Shown piece by piece: positions 26,004 through 38,760 of a stretch of 64,000 nt of DNA. The notes beneath the pieces are model-generated. The model ran no database searches. It worked only from the letters and a program-made list of their open reading frames with translations, and was not told the DNA's origin. This DNA comes from the human T2T-CHM13v2.0 reference genome, Homo sapiens: assembly GCF_009914755.1 (NCBI RefSeq), contig NC_060936.1. The stretch is one strand, 5' to 3'. The stretch's first letter is position 1. Each line of letters opens with the position of its first letter. Made by a program: the position numbers and the translations under genes.

Positions 26004-26522
26004 TGTATCAGTGAGCTATCACCAAGTAATGCCATGTAACAATTCCCCATGAAACTCAGCAGCTTTATTATTCATGAGTCTCTGCATCAGCTGAACAGTC
26101 CTGGTCTTGGCTAAAGTCACTTATGCATTTGTACTCCTCTGTGGGTCACTTCTGATGATCTTGGCAGGGCCCTCTCATGTTTGGATGTTGACTGGCCACA
26201 GGCTGGTCTAGGATGGCCTTGGCTAGGATGAATGGAATCTCCATGTACCTCTCAATTTTCTCCATTAGGCTAGCCCATACTTGTTCACATGGCAGTGGTA
26301 TGGTTTCAAGAGAGTGAGCAAAGGTGCTCAGGGTCCCCTGAGACCTAGGCTTGGAACTGAATCACTGTCACTTCCACTCATTCTATTAGCTAAAACAAGT
26401 TCCATGGCTAGCTCCAATTCAAGGCTCCGTCTCATGATGGGAGAAGCTGCAAAGCCACATTGCAAAAGCATGGCTACAGGAAGTGTGGACAACTGGGGCC
26501 ATTCTTGCAATCAATCTGTCAC
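26004..26522 (-). mobile_element. MLT1G/H-like MaLR LTR
   Basis: TGTATCAG..GTAAC..AAACTCAG..GGCTGGTCTAGGATGGCCT..CTAGGCTTGGAACTG..GGAGAAGCTGCAAAGCCACATTGCAAA. Confidence 0.75.
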
Positions 26523-27429
26523 ATCCTCCATTCTTCTTGTTCAGTTTTACCACTTCCTTCTCTCTTAAGTCAAATGTCATGCTCAAGATTGGTGCAGTCT
26601 CATTATGCATCTGCCTCCCTTCTCCATGAAGTCATCCTGTGTGAGGATATGTCCCAAGGCTCTCTTAGTCTAGAGAGAGCTGTGATCTTTAGAGTGAAAT
26701 AAAGAATAAATGCTTCTGTATTTGCAAAAGTAAAATACTTCTCTTCTTGTGAGCCCATCAGTCATCGAAAGAAACATCATCAGTCCATGTGGTCTCCAGT
26801 AAACATTTGCTGGTGATATGGTCATATGTCTCATGGGGATAGAGGAAGGACTAGGGGAAAGACCAGTCACACAACTGCCCACCCACACCCCAGCCCTGTG
26901 AGGTGACCCTCATCTGCCCAGCTTGTCACCACGTTCATCACACTGCACTACGAGGTCTGTTAACTTGTCTGTCTCCCCATGGGCTTGTCTGCTGTTGAAG
27001 GCACTGCATATTTCTTGTTTGCTGTTGTACCTCCAAGGGCCTAGAAAAGTGCCTTATTCAAAGTAGACATTTGTGTAACTAAATGAATGAATGAATACAA
27101 GAATGAATCAATAAATGATGACCAAGTCTGATCTGGAAGAACGACAAAGCATCGGCCAGGGGGAAGAGGGAACAGCACTCTAGACAGAAGAAACAGCTTA
27201 TAAAAGGCCACAGGTTTCAAAGCACATGACATGTTAAGAGGGTGATAAGCTGGTAGGGTGTTGTATACAGCACAAGGAGTACAGGGAGCAGCAGGGTTTG
27301 GAGCTGGAAAGATGAATCATGCTAAGGAACTGGACTTTATTTTGTAGAAAATGATGAATTAACAAAGATTTTATATAAAGAAAGTGGCATGTTAAACAGA
27401 ATTTTTATTTAAAAAATAGTTTTTACAGA

Positions 27430-27880
27430 ATAAGCTTGGGCAGAGTAAATTAATTTCTCTGAGCCTCTATTTTAACATATTTAAAATAGGGATAATAATA
27501 ATTAGGCCAGGCTCCAGCCTAAGTGCCTGGACCTCATATGTAGTAACTGTTTTAACCCTCTCAATAAAGTAGGAACTATTATTATTATTATTATCATTAT
27601 CATCATCCTCATTTTATAGATAAGGAAACTGGTGCTCAGAAGAGTTAAGGAATTTGCCCGAGGTCACACAGAAACCAAGTGGCAGAATTTAGATTTGAAC
27701 TCAGGTATCTGACTCCAGGGCTTGTGCTCTTAATTACTATGTCATTTTGTTATTTTTCATTAAGTCGTACCTACCTCAAAGAGTTATTGTAAAAATTTAG
27801 GCAAAAAAAAAAAATACAAAGCTCTTAGAACAGTGTCTGACATAGTGAGAGCTTAATAACATGTTTGCTATTGTTACTCC
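27430..27880. mobile_element. MIR containing an oppositely oriented MIR (~27500-27745)
   Basis: Outer AGCTTGGGCAGAGTAAATTAATTTCTCTGAGCCTC..; inner CCTCATTTTATAGATAAGGAAACTG..GAGGTCACACAG; outer resumes ACCTACCTCA..GTTATTGT. Confidence 0.7.
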
Positions 27881-28129
27881 TTGCCATTCTTGTTATTGGC
27901 TGTAAAATAGGTATATTCATTAAGATACCTATTTATATGAATTATACATTTATTTAAGTATGCACATGAACAATAATTTTTACTTAATGTATTTATATAT
28001 TACACGTAAAATTAATTTTCAGGATTATAATGAAACATAAATGAGTTAACATATGCAAGATACCTAGCACCTTACATTCTAATGCCTGGAACTTTGAAAC
28101 AATTCCAATCGAAACTCCTTCTTCTCCAC

Positions 28130-28702
28130 ATCCAGCATTTTTAAAAAATTAACTTCTGCATTAGTCTGGTAAATTACCAACAGCCTCTTCAAGGCAACCT
28201 AAGCTTTTGCTAACATGTACCTCAAAACTCTTCCAGCCTCTACCCTTTCCCCACATCCAAGATTATGTTCACATTTTTAGGCATTTGTTCCAGCATATCC
28301 CCACTTCTCAATGCCAAAATCTGCCATAACAAAGTGCCACAGACCGAGTGGCTTAAAGAAATTTATTTTCTCACAGTTCTGGAGGCTAGAAGTCCAAGAT
28401 CAAGGTGTTGGCAGGGTTGGTATCTCCCAAGCCTGTCTCCTTGGCTTATGGAAGGGGAAGGCTGTCTTCTCCCCGCATCCTGGCATGGTCTTCCCTCTAT
28501 AACTGTCTGCATTCAAATCTCCTCGTCTTATAAGGACACTAGTCAGATTGGATTAGGGCCCAGCCATGTGGCCTCTCTTTACATTAATTACCTCTTTGAA
28601 GGCCCCATCTTCAAGTATAGGCACATTCTGAGGTACTGGGGGCTAAGACTTCAATACATGAATTTGGGGGAACAGGGGGGGACCCAATTCAATGCACAAT
28701 AA
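28130..28702 (-). mobile_element. MLT1A0-like LTR with adjoining MaLR internal-region fragment
   Basis: Internal CTCTTCCAGCCTCTACCC..CACATTTTTAGG.ATTTGTT.CAGCA..CCCCACT; LTR CTGCCATAACAAAGTGCCACAGAC..TTCTGGAGGCTAGAAGTCCAAGATCAAGGTG. Confidence 0.8.
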
Positions 28703-28722
28703 CCTCTGATCAAAATCATCTA

Positions 28723-29122
<400 letters not shown>

Positions 29123-31064
29123 TTAATATACACATCATCTTTTCCTAAACAGTTCTAGTAGCCTTAGAACCTGCCTTCCCAAGGTATGTAAGTAACTTTT
29201 ATTTGGGGAGGGGAAAAAGCTGAGTGCTGTCAGTTCTTTGGTTCTGTGTCTAGAAATGAACAACCCTGGGGTTTTCTGGGGGCATTATTTATTTTTCATT
29301 TGGTAGTGTTGGCATCATGAAGACAGAAGCTGAGAGAATCATCAGCTTGGAGCAAAGCGAAAAACAAAAGCAGAAAAGACAAAAGGAAAAATACCACATT
29401 TTTCCCCCCGAGAGCACCAGTGGAACCGAGAACTTCCAGCCTGGGCCTGACCCTCTCTGTCCCAGCGAAGGACAATCCCAGGTTCTTTGCAGGACAGCAA
29501 ATGACAGCAGAGAAGATTCTGGAGAAACGTGTCCATCTGTGTTCATGGTGGAAACTGATGAAGAAATCTTCTTCCAAAGGTACTTTTCATGGGAAAATCG
29601 TATATGGTCTTGACAGAGCTGCCAGTCCCTCTGGAGGAACTCAAGTTGCTTTGCAGGTTGTAAATGGCCAGGAGGGGGATGATACTCATCTGGGGGTCCC
29701 ATCAGAAATCAGCGGTGAAATAGGGGAGGCAGGGACAAGGCTGTGCAATATATCCCTCTAGAGCAGACCTCTCCTGCACCTGTCTGGGCTGGCTACTTCC
29801 GGCAGAAAACACAGGACATTTTACCAGCATGAGTGTCACCTGAGACAGAGGGGCCTGAAGATGAGAATTTAAGGCGTGAGGTGAGGAGAGGGTGGTGAGG
29901 TATCTGCCACGTGAACATCAGTTTGGGTGCGATTTCAGGGGGTGCTCAAAAGATCTGTGATGTAGCTGGAAGAGCATTGGAATGGGAGTCAGAAGGCCTG
30001 GGATAGGGTTTTGAATCTTCTCTCTACTACCTTAGTCACTTTGGACATACTATTTTTCTGAGTCTCACTGCCCTCATTTAGAAAATGTACAGGATTCTAA
30101 AATCAAATGGTGTACATAAAAGCATTTTGCTAGTTTCTGAAATGATGAGGAGGAAACCATTTGGTTTTTGGAGTCAGACAGACCTGGGTTCAAATGCAGT
30201 TTTTAACATGGACAAGATAATCCTGAGCCAACTCATTCAGCCTCAGTTTCCCCAACCATTTATTCATTCATTCAATAAATATGTTATAGAGACCCAACTA
30301 TGAGTCAGGTACTAAAGAAAGATGCATGCTTGTCCTCACAAAACTTTCTCATCTGTTAAAAGGAGAAAAATGGATTACCTATCTTACAGCGTTGCTAGAA
30401 GAATTAATAAGACTGCGTATTTGTAACTCTCGGCCTAGCAGTGGTCTAAAAGGAATGCTCAATAAACATTCATCCCACTTTTTCCCCCAACAAAAGCATT
30501 ATCATCTTTAATATGGGAAATTTTTTTGATAAGGACTTTTAGGGAAAAAAAATGAAAATGATTACAAAGAAAGGCCAGTTACTTTCGCATATTAAAAGTT
30601 GGTTTGGGCATAAACATATTCTGCTGTAGCAGCATATTTCATTCGATGGACTAGAAGATAAATGATTTGGACAGTTCTTTTTACTGAACTTAAAATTAGT
30701 CAGACAATTAGCCTGAGTCCACTTGATATAATGTAATTCTATTCAGGGATTGAGATGGTATCTTCATTAATAAGCCTCTGGAAGCCATATACATGAGCAT
30801 CCAAGCCAAAGATTCACCCCATCCCTGTCTTGCTCCCTCTCCCTTTATCCTCTCTTAACACACACACATAGGCATATACACATGTGTGCATGCAGACACA
30901 TGTATGCACGCGTTCACAAACATACAAACACACACTATTCTGGAGAGACTAGTATGGCATTTTCATAAAGATAGCATGTCATTTGAGAAATAGTCCTTAT
31001 TTTTGCTATTCTAATAAGTGTTTATTTAATAGTGAAATACATAAATGAATGAATTAGCTCTTAC

Positions 31065-31372
31065 GGGCCAAGCACCAGTCCTGAAACATGTTTTTTTGGG
31101 GGAAAAAAATAACCCAAAGTGTCCCACAGTCAAATAAATTTGGGAACACTGTATTCTATAATTCCTGGAAATTCACAATGTACAAGAGCTCATATAGGTT
31201 CGGAGAAGTTTTCTAGCAAATAAACCAGTTTGATGTTGTTAATCCAGTGATCCATACTTATTTGATCAACACGTATGTATTTCTTAATTTTTTTTTGTCT
31301 GTCAGTGTGGCAACACCCATTAATTTCACAAAACTCATGCTTCCGAGAAGCTCCACTTTGGAAAGACTGCAC
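31065..31372. mobile_element. hAT-Charlie-type MER (MER103-like) relic
   Basis: GTCAAATAAATTTGGGAACACTG..GGAAATTCACAATG..CACTTTGGAAAGACTG. Confidence 0.45.
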
Positions 31373-32785
31373 TAGCTAGTGAATTGGGGGCAGAGCTGCT
31401 ATCTTTGGGCTCCAGCTGGGACTTTGCAAGACACAATGTTGCTCTGAAGATAAAGCATGTCCTACTCATCTGTGCAGACAACTGAGGCCAGTTCCAGCTA
31501 GGCAAGCATTTAAAATTCTATTACAAGGACAATGGGACGTCTCAGTGCACTCAGGGTCAGGGATACAGTGGAACCTCAGAAAGTACTGAAACCAGGGACT
31601 AGAAGGCGGCAGGACCCTCTCAGTTTCCCATCCCTTCTCTCCCTACCTTGGCTTCCTTCCCTCTGTCTCTGCTTTTTTCATCACCCTTTACCACTCCAGA
31701 TCACAGAGCAGGTCTTCCGCCTACCCACTCTGAAGCTGACATCTACATCTCAGCATCCCTGCTCAGACGTATGTGGTCATAGGGCAGGGTCATCTCCTAC
31801 AAAGTGGTTGCTGGGCCCTTTCTCTCTCAGGGGAAGGAGACGGCTGGAGATTTCTGGGCAGACACTCCACAAGGGTCCACCGAACTTTCTTCAACACTTT
31901 GTCCACATGGCTTCTAAGCCCCGGCCATGTCTAGAATCACTTGGAAGCATTTTCAAACTATTTTTCTTGGGTACCCTAGCAGAGATGCTAATTCAGGAGA
32001 TGTGGGGAGGGCCACAGAAATTTATACATTGTGGAAGTTCCTCTGATGTTGCTAATGGACTGCTCTACAATCACCCATCTATTGTTGTGCCCTGGATAGT
32101 TCATGACCTTGAAGGCTCTAAATCTTTGGTTTTCATTATTTTCTCATCTGGTTTCTCCTCTGCCATTTCTCAACCTGGAGAAAAGTATTTCTCATCTCTG
32201 AAGGCCCAGTTTAAATGACACCTCCTCCAAGAAGTTTCCCCGATTCCACCTGCCAGTTGCAATCAAAGGAGTAACTCTCAGAGGAATGAGTTATTCCTTT
32301 CTTCTTCCATGGACTTTTGCTGTAACCAGTTAGAAATTAACATTTCTCCCCTACTAGATTATAAGCTACAGAAAGCAAAAGACTAGTTTTGTAAAATAAT
32401 GTTTTCTTATTATAAAAGCAGTCTATGCTCCTGTAAAATTTGGAAAATACAAATAACTGAAAAAAGAAGTAAATCCATAATCCCCCAAATCAGGATAGCC
32501 ATAGTTAAAGTTTGGACATGTGTCCTCCAGTCTCTTTTTCCAATGGGTCATGTGTGTATATTTTATTTTCATAATTGGAGTCATATATAATTGTTTCCCC
32601 TACTTTTCTTCAGTTGACATTCTATTGAAAACATGTTTCTGTGTTATTGTCTCTTCAAAAGCATGATTTTAAATGGCTGCATAACATCCCACTGCAAAAT
32701 GTACCATACTTTATTGGCTTATTTCCCAGTCGTTGGACATTTGTATTATCTTCCATTTTTATTTTTGCTCTTAAAAATAACAAAG

Positions 32786-33220
32786 TGTGCTGGATATTTT
32801 TCATTTGTCTCTCCAGAGCCATTGTCCACCCTGAGCCCATATGGACTCTGTCAAAGGGCTCCCTGGATCCTGGCTTTAGTTAGGCTCAGTGAGCGGGAGG
32901 TGCCGGCCAGAGACCAGAAGCTGGGAGGAGGATGAGAATGGAGCATTTCTTCCCACGGGATGGTCACATGGTAAGTCAGGGAGTTGGGAGTCCCTCTCCA
33001 AGTTTTGGAAACTACTCACTCCCTGCCCTTTCAGGCCTTGAGGTGGTACTGGCTCCTTTCTGCTGCTGGTCCCAGAATCCTACACCATCTCTTGCTCTCT
33101 CCACATCTTGTCCGTACTTTGTAAGTCACTGGGTTTTTTGTTTGTTTGTTTTGTTTTAATTAAACTCTCTTCAAATTACTCAGTTTGAGTGTGCTGTTTC
33201 CTGACCGGATCCTAACAGAT
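32786..33220 (+). mobile_element. LTR33-like ERVL LTR inserted in an old antisense L1M
   Basis: TGTGCTGGATATTTT..GGGCTCCCT..CCCTTTCAGGCCT.GAGGTGGTA..ATTAAACTCTCTTCAAATTAC.CAGTTTGAGTGTGC..TTTCCTG. Confidence 0.7.
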
Positions 33221-35784
33221 AGAGGCACATGGCAGTTGACATTTTGCACTTAAATCTTTGACTATCCTCAATTTGCCTCTAGAAGTTTCAGATAAATTCT
33301 TAAAAGTGGATCAACAGATAAACATATGTTTGCACCACTTCATTCCTATTTGCCACATTACTTTCCAAAGATCAGTGATGCCAAATTATGCTCCGACTAG
33401 TACTCGTTGATAAAGTTAACAATTACCACTTTGAATCTTCAAAATGTTGGTAAGCAAGAAGTATTTCATGTTTTAATTTGCATTTCATTGATTACTAGTG
33501 AAGAAGAATGCTTTTCATAAATTTTAATTCCTCTTTTATGAATGACCATGTCCTCTTTTACCCTCTATCTCTTACGATATCTACCTACCTATAATAATTA
33601 TCATAAAAATTATAACTAGTATTATCATTATTACCAATGTGGGCAACCAGGTGGATGGTTGAACTCTTAAAACAAGCCAGAGGCTAAAGCCATTCTACAA
33701 AACAGACAACATTGTCAGCGTCTTTTAAATGAGAATGCTAAGGTGCCACATATGTTTTCAGTCAATGGTGTAATAATTGTATTATAGAAGTAATAGCTAA
33801 TAGTTATTGAATTTCTATTATTTGCCAAGTGCTGTGTTAAGTGAGCTCCATTTTTTTCTCATCAAATCCTCAACATACGTTCTGTTTGTTCAATATGTTT
33901 AATAACCATTGAACCATTTCTAGTTATCCTTTCTGAAGCCCAATGCCATCCCAGGTTTGTAAGCAGAAGAAGCCCAATCTTTTGCTCCAAATAGCTTTTA
34001 TCCAATGAGGCATGAGCTCCAATATGATCCTGCCTTATTGGTGCTGTAGCATCTCTGACATTTGGTTCCAAAATTAAGCAAATATGGAAAAGTTGAAATT
34101 CCACTAGACAGAAAAACTGTTCTTGAATACTCCCAATTCACTTCTATAAACACTGGGGGCTCGGAAGGTTACTGAATGTTATAAACAATCCAATAACATT
34201 TGAACCTTTTGCTGCTTAGAGCAAAGTGTTTGAGACTCATCTGTTGGAGAAAAAAGATTTTTAGAAAACAACCACATAAAAGTTACTTCCAACTTCTTTT
34301 TACAAGGTCTATTTTAGAGTGAAGTGAAGAATTTCTGGGGCAAAATGTAGCCAGTTTTGAGGCCTGGAGGCAAGTGTCTCCTGAGATATGCCATATTGCC
34401 AAGCAAGCCTGGTGCCATGATTGTTTTGACAGTGTTCTCCCTCCTGAATTCCTCGCTTCTAAAGACAACATTCCTCTTCAAATTTTTAACCTTTGCATTT
34501 TCCATTCTTAGAACACTATTCTCACTTTCCTAATTTTACTGCCCCCTCCTTTTTCCATTTGCAAGGACAGTAGCAAGAATGCCGTCAGTTCTCTGTGGGG
34601 TTTGATCTGGCAGAAGAAAAAAAAAGCAGTAGTTTTGCAGAACCAAATGCTATTTCTGAGCTCTGTGGCTTTGCAGAGATTTTTACTTCTGTAAAAGGTT
34701 GTGTTTTAAGTATTATAGTCTTAGATTTCTGCTTGTTGCAGTGGACAGCCAAGCCTCAGTTTTAATTTCATATTACTTTGGCTGGTAATGATGAGTCTGG
34801 AAGATGGAACAGGAATCAGGAAGAATTCTCCCATTCCATCTCTGCTAAAATTGTCCCTTGTTCATTTTCAGAAAGAGCTAAAATTTAACAAGTAAAATGA
34901 AAGGAGTAGGAGGAAAAGAAATGACCCAACACCCCAGTCCTAGCCAATGACAGCATCTCATTCCATGGGTGCGGTCGTCCAGATGTTAGCTCCTCCAGAT
35001 GTGCAGCCCCATCAGTCCCAAGGCAGACCCACCTGTGCTGGGAGGCACTGATGTATATCTGAGGTCACGCTGCTCACCTTCAAGTCACACAGTTAAATGA
35101 AAGATGTTCTATCTTTAGGTGCTGGGTGTTCTAAGCCCCGCTCTCCTCTACTGGGTCTGCAGATCATTCAGGCTTTGTGTTCCCAGAGGAAGGAGAAGAG
35201 ACCATTTGTCCAAGGAAATATCTGTAATACATGTTAAGTGGCTTGCGAGAGAGCCCTCTCATTTATTGGCTGAAACATGAAACGGAAAACATGTGCAGTG
35301 AGCACAGGGCCCCCACCGGCTCTCGCTCCTTCCCAGGAAACAGAGTGATGAAGGATGGAACAAACACGTGAATTCAGGCAGCCCACATGCCTGGGTGTTT
35401 CACAATGCTTTTTGCATCTGTTGGGTGGAAGTCCTGGGCATTGGGTTCGGAATTTATAGAGACAGATTGACTTCTAGTCTCTAGCAGGGATTCCATTCCC
35501 GCTGCTATGGGAATAGGTTTTTCCATTTAGCAAGCAGGAAGTAATCCTTATTCAACTATGTGTTTATTTATGTATTTGATGCACATTTACCGAATGCCAA
35601 TGTCTGCATTAGGGACTGAGGAATAAGGTATAGACCTTACATTCAAGGAACTCATTCTCTAATGAGGAAAGAAAGAAACAAAGAGAAACAAACATGTACA
35701 ATAGAGTGGAGCCAGTGAGACTAGAGAAATGTACAAAATAATTTGGGAGGAAATCCGGGGAGTGTAGAGATCTGTAAATCTAGA

Positions 35785-36785
35785 GTACTGGATATTTGCT
35801 GCTTTTGGCCATCAAAGATCCATTTCCCTTCCTCTTGGTAACATTACTTCAAATTTTATTTGAATATTCATTTCACTCATACCCTGCTGGCTGCATCCCC
35901 AGCATCCCCTGATTGGTTGAAGCCAAACAATACATCCCACGTCCCTCTGATCAGAATCATTGGTTCAGGGCACATAATCCGATTCAGTGTAATTCAGGAG
36001 GGAGCTGCTGGAGGCTTCTGGAGCAGAAACTCATTTGCTCTTCTAAAAGAACTACTGAGAAACTCAGCCCGCATCCCTGCTGGATGGCTATGGCCTCCTG
36101 GAACCCTATGTTTGATGAGAGGGGCCATTCTTGGAATGGAAAAGACATGGCAGAAGGTAGAGAGTAGGAATGAAAGGTAATGGAGTTTTATTGCCTGTGC
36201 TGAACCACTGTAGCAAGCATTGTCTAAACCCATCTATCACCTGTGATTCATCTTCAGTGAGATGAATTCATAATCTCTCGTTATTATTTAAACCACTTTG
36301 AGATTTCTAATCCAGTTGACGCTTGAGCAGCAAGGATTTGAACTGTGTGGGTCCACTTACACACGATTTTCTTCTGCCTCTGCCACTCCTGAGACGGCAA
36401 GACTAACCCCTCCTTCTCCTCCTTCACCTCAGCCTCATCCTCCTCCTCTTCCTCAGCCTACTCAACATGAAGATGACAAGGATGAAGATCTTTATGATTA
36501 TCCACTTCCACTTAATGAATAGTAAACATATTTTTTCTTATGATTTTCTTAACAACTTTTTTTCTCTAGCTTACTTTTTTGTAAGAATACAGTACATAAT
36601 ACATAACGTACAAAATATGTGTTAATCAACAGTTTATGTTATAGGTAAGGTCAACAGTAGGCTATTTGTAATTAAGTTTTGGGAGAGCCAAAAGTTATAT
36701 AAAGATGTTTTAACTGTGGGAGGTCGGCGCCACTAATCCCCACATTGTTCAAGATCAACTGTACTTACACCAAAGATAGAGAATG
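35785..36785 (+). mobile_element. MLT1K-like LTR split by Tigger2a
   Basis: TCCATTTCCCTTC.TCTTGGTAACA..GATTGGTTGAAGCCAA..ATTGGTTCAGGG..GCTGGAGGCTTCTGG. Confidence 0.55.
36313..36761 (+). mobile_element. Tigger2a (TcMar-Tigger) non-autonomous DNA transposon, full length
   Basis: TIRs CAGTTGAC.CTTGA.CA / TGTTCAAGATCAACTG followed by TA; internal CCTCAGCCTACTCAACATGAAGATGAC..GATGAAGA.CTTTATG. Confidence 0.92.
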
Positions 36786-38599
36786 TTTCAAAAAGGAGAG
36801 AAGGATATATACTAATAAGTGACAGTTCAGCATGCTGCCAGGCACTCTGCTAAGCACTCCATGTGTGTAACTTTCTTAAATCCTCACAATGCTCCTAGGA
36901 GGTAGATTATTTTTAACCCCATTTTGTGGATTAGGGAATCAAGGCTTAGAAAGGTTAACTTGCTCAAGGGTACATAGAGCAAATGTTGAATATTTTTAGG
37001 GGGTCTAATAAAATGGCAACTGAAAAATGTCCATTAGAGTGAGCAATGCAAGGTGTACCAGAGAAATCTTAGAGAACTTAGAGAAAACATTTTGGGTGAG
37101 TGCTGAGAGAAAAGAGCTGGATTGAGGTGGACTGAGGTATGAATATACAACAAGGAAATATATACAACTGTGTGGACATTTTGAAGCAGTTTGACATTAA
37201 TCATGGCCTTTAGATCAGTTAGGATGCTTTTAGATGCAAGTAATAGAAAACTATAATTCAAATGTTCTTAACAATAAAAACATTTATTTTTTTCACATAA
37301 CAGGAAGCCCAGAGGGATGGGAGGCTAAAATGTTGGTAGCTTAAATAGTTCAACAATGTCATTAAGGACCTGGTTTCTCCAAGATCTTGTCTCAGTCTTT
37401 GGTGTCCCAAAATTTTAGCACCATATATTTAGGTGTGGGCTTATTTATATGTATGTATCCTGATTAAATGTATCCTGATTAATATGTATTAAGCTTAGTG
37501 AATCTAAATCTTCATGTCTATCATCAATTCTGGAAAATTATTACCCAATACCACAGGAACCATAGGAAATGCCTGTGCAATGTAAGACAGCCATTGCATT
37601 TTTACATGAGTAAGGCTAGCCTCGCAAGGGCTCAATTTTCTTACTTGGAAAATAAAGAGTTAGGAAACTCAGGTGAACTGAATTCAAATCTCAGCTCTTC
37701 AAAGCTCAATTTTATCATTTGTATCACAGAAGATATCAATACAGCCTTACCTTATTTGGGTGGTGACAATTTAATCAGATAACATTTAAGGTACCTAGCA
37801 AGGACGGTGATCTTATTGTCCATATTTTCCATGTCCAGTTAAAAGCTGTGACCACAAGGCTAGAGCCTAGGGCAGATCTATATCTAAAGCTTCCCAAATG
37901 AAGCAGCTGAACCATGTTTTATTCCATTTGCTACATATGCTGCATGGTTTAGGGCAAAGAAGGCCTGATTGGATTGATTTGAGCTTTGAGATAGAACTCC
38001 TCTGGCCATACATCAAATAGGCCACCTTGTCTCCTGCCTGGAGACAGTCAGGATGGGAGTGGAACCCTGGCTTGGTACCCTAACCAATCAGGATGAGTTG
38101 CATCCTTGAACAGCAGGTCAACACTGAGCATATTAAATGTGTCAGACAGCCTGCTGTATATAGATATAAAAAAGACACAGTCGATTGCAGTACAGTGAAA
38201 TAAGCAGACACCAAAACAGCTCATTTTATATGACATAGTAAGTGATAAGATGAAAAGATCATATAGTGTACCAAGACAGGATACAGGAGGGGCATTCTAT
38301 GTAATCTGAGGTTTTGAGAAAGTCTTGGGAGGAGGAGATGCCACATTTAGGTCTTCAAGACTGGTTAAAAGTTAGCCAGGCTCATAAGAAAGAATTTTAA
38401 GAACATTACTCTGGAAAAAGAGGACTGCCTGAGCCAAGGCACAGAGGTGCAAAAATGACCTGGTATGTAACTATATGCAGTTTAGTATTACCAGAAAATA
38501 CAGCAAGTGTCAAGAAAATAAGGATGAGGAGGCAACCGAGAGTCATGTCTTGAAAGACCTTATGGTGCATTTGGGCACCTGTGCATTATTCATTAGATC

Positions 38600-38760
38600 C
38601 ATAATTCCCAAAACTTTGCATGTATCAAAGTCATTAAAAGAGTGCAGATTTCTGATTCCAAAGGCCTGGGGAGAAGCTTGAGAATTTTCATTTTTTAACA
38701 ATCCCCAGGAGGTGCTGAAGCTATTGGTCCCTGGGCCACACTTTAGGAAGCTCTGCTACA
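38600..38760. mobile_element. MER5-type hAT MITE
   Basis: TGCAGATTTCTGATTC..GGCCTGGGG..TTTTTAACAATCCCCAGG.GGTGCTGA..CCACACTTTAGGAAG. Confidence 0.6.

Noticed and set aside
31532-32218. 228-aa ORF
   Set aside because: No recognisable domain; overlaps MER5/L2-like relics; consistent with a chance ORF
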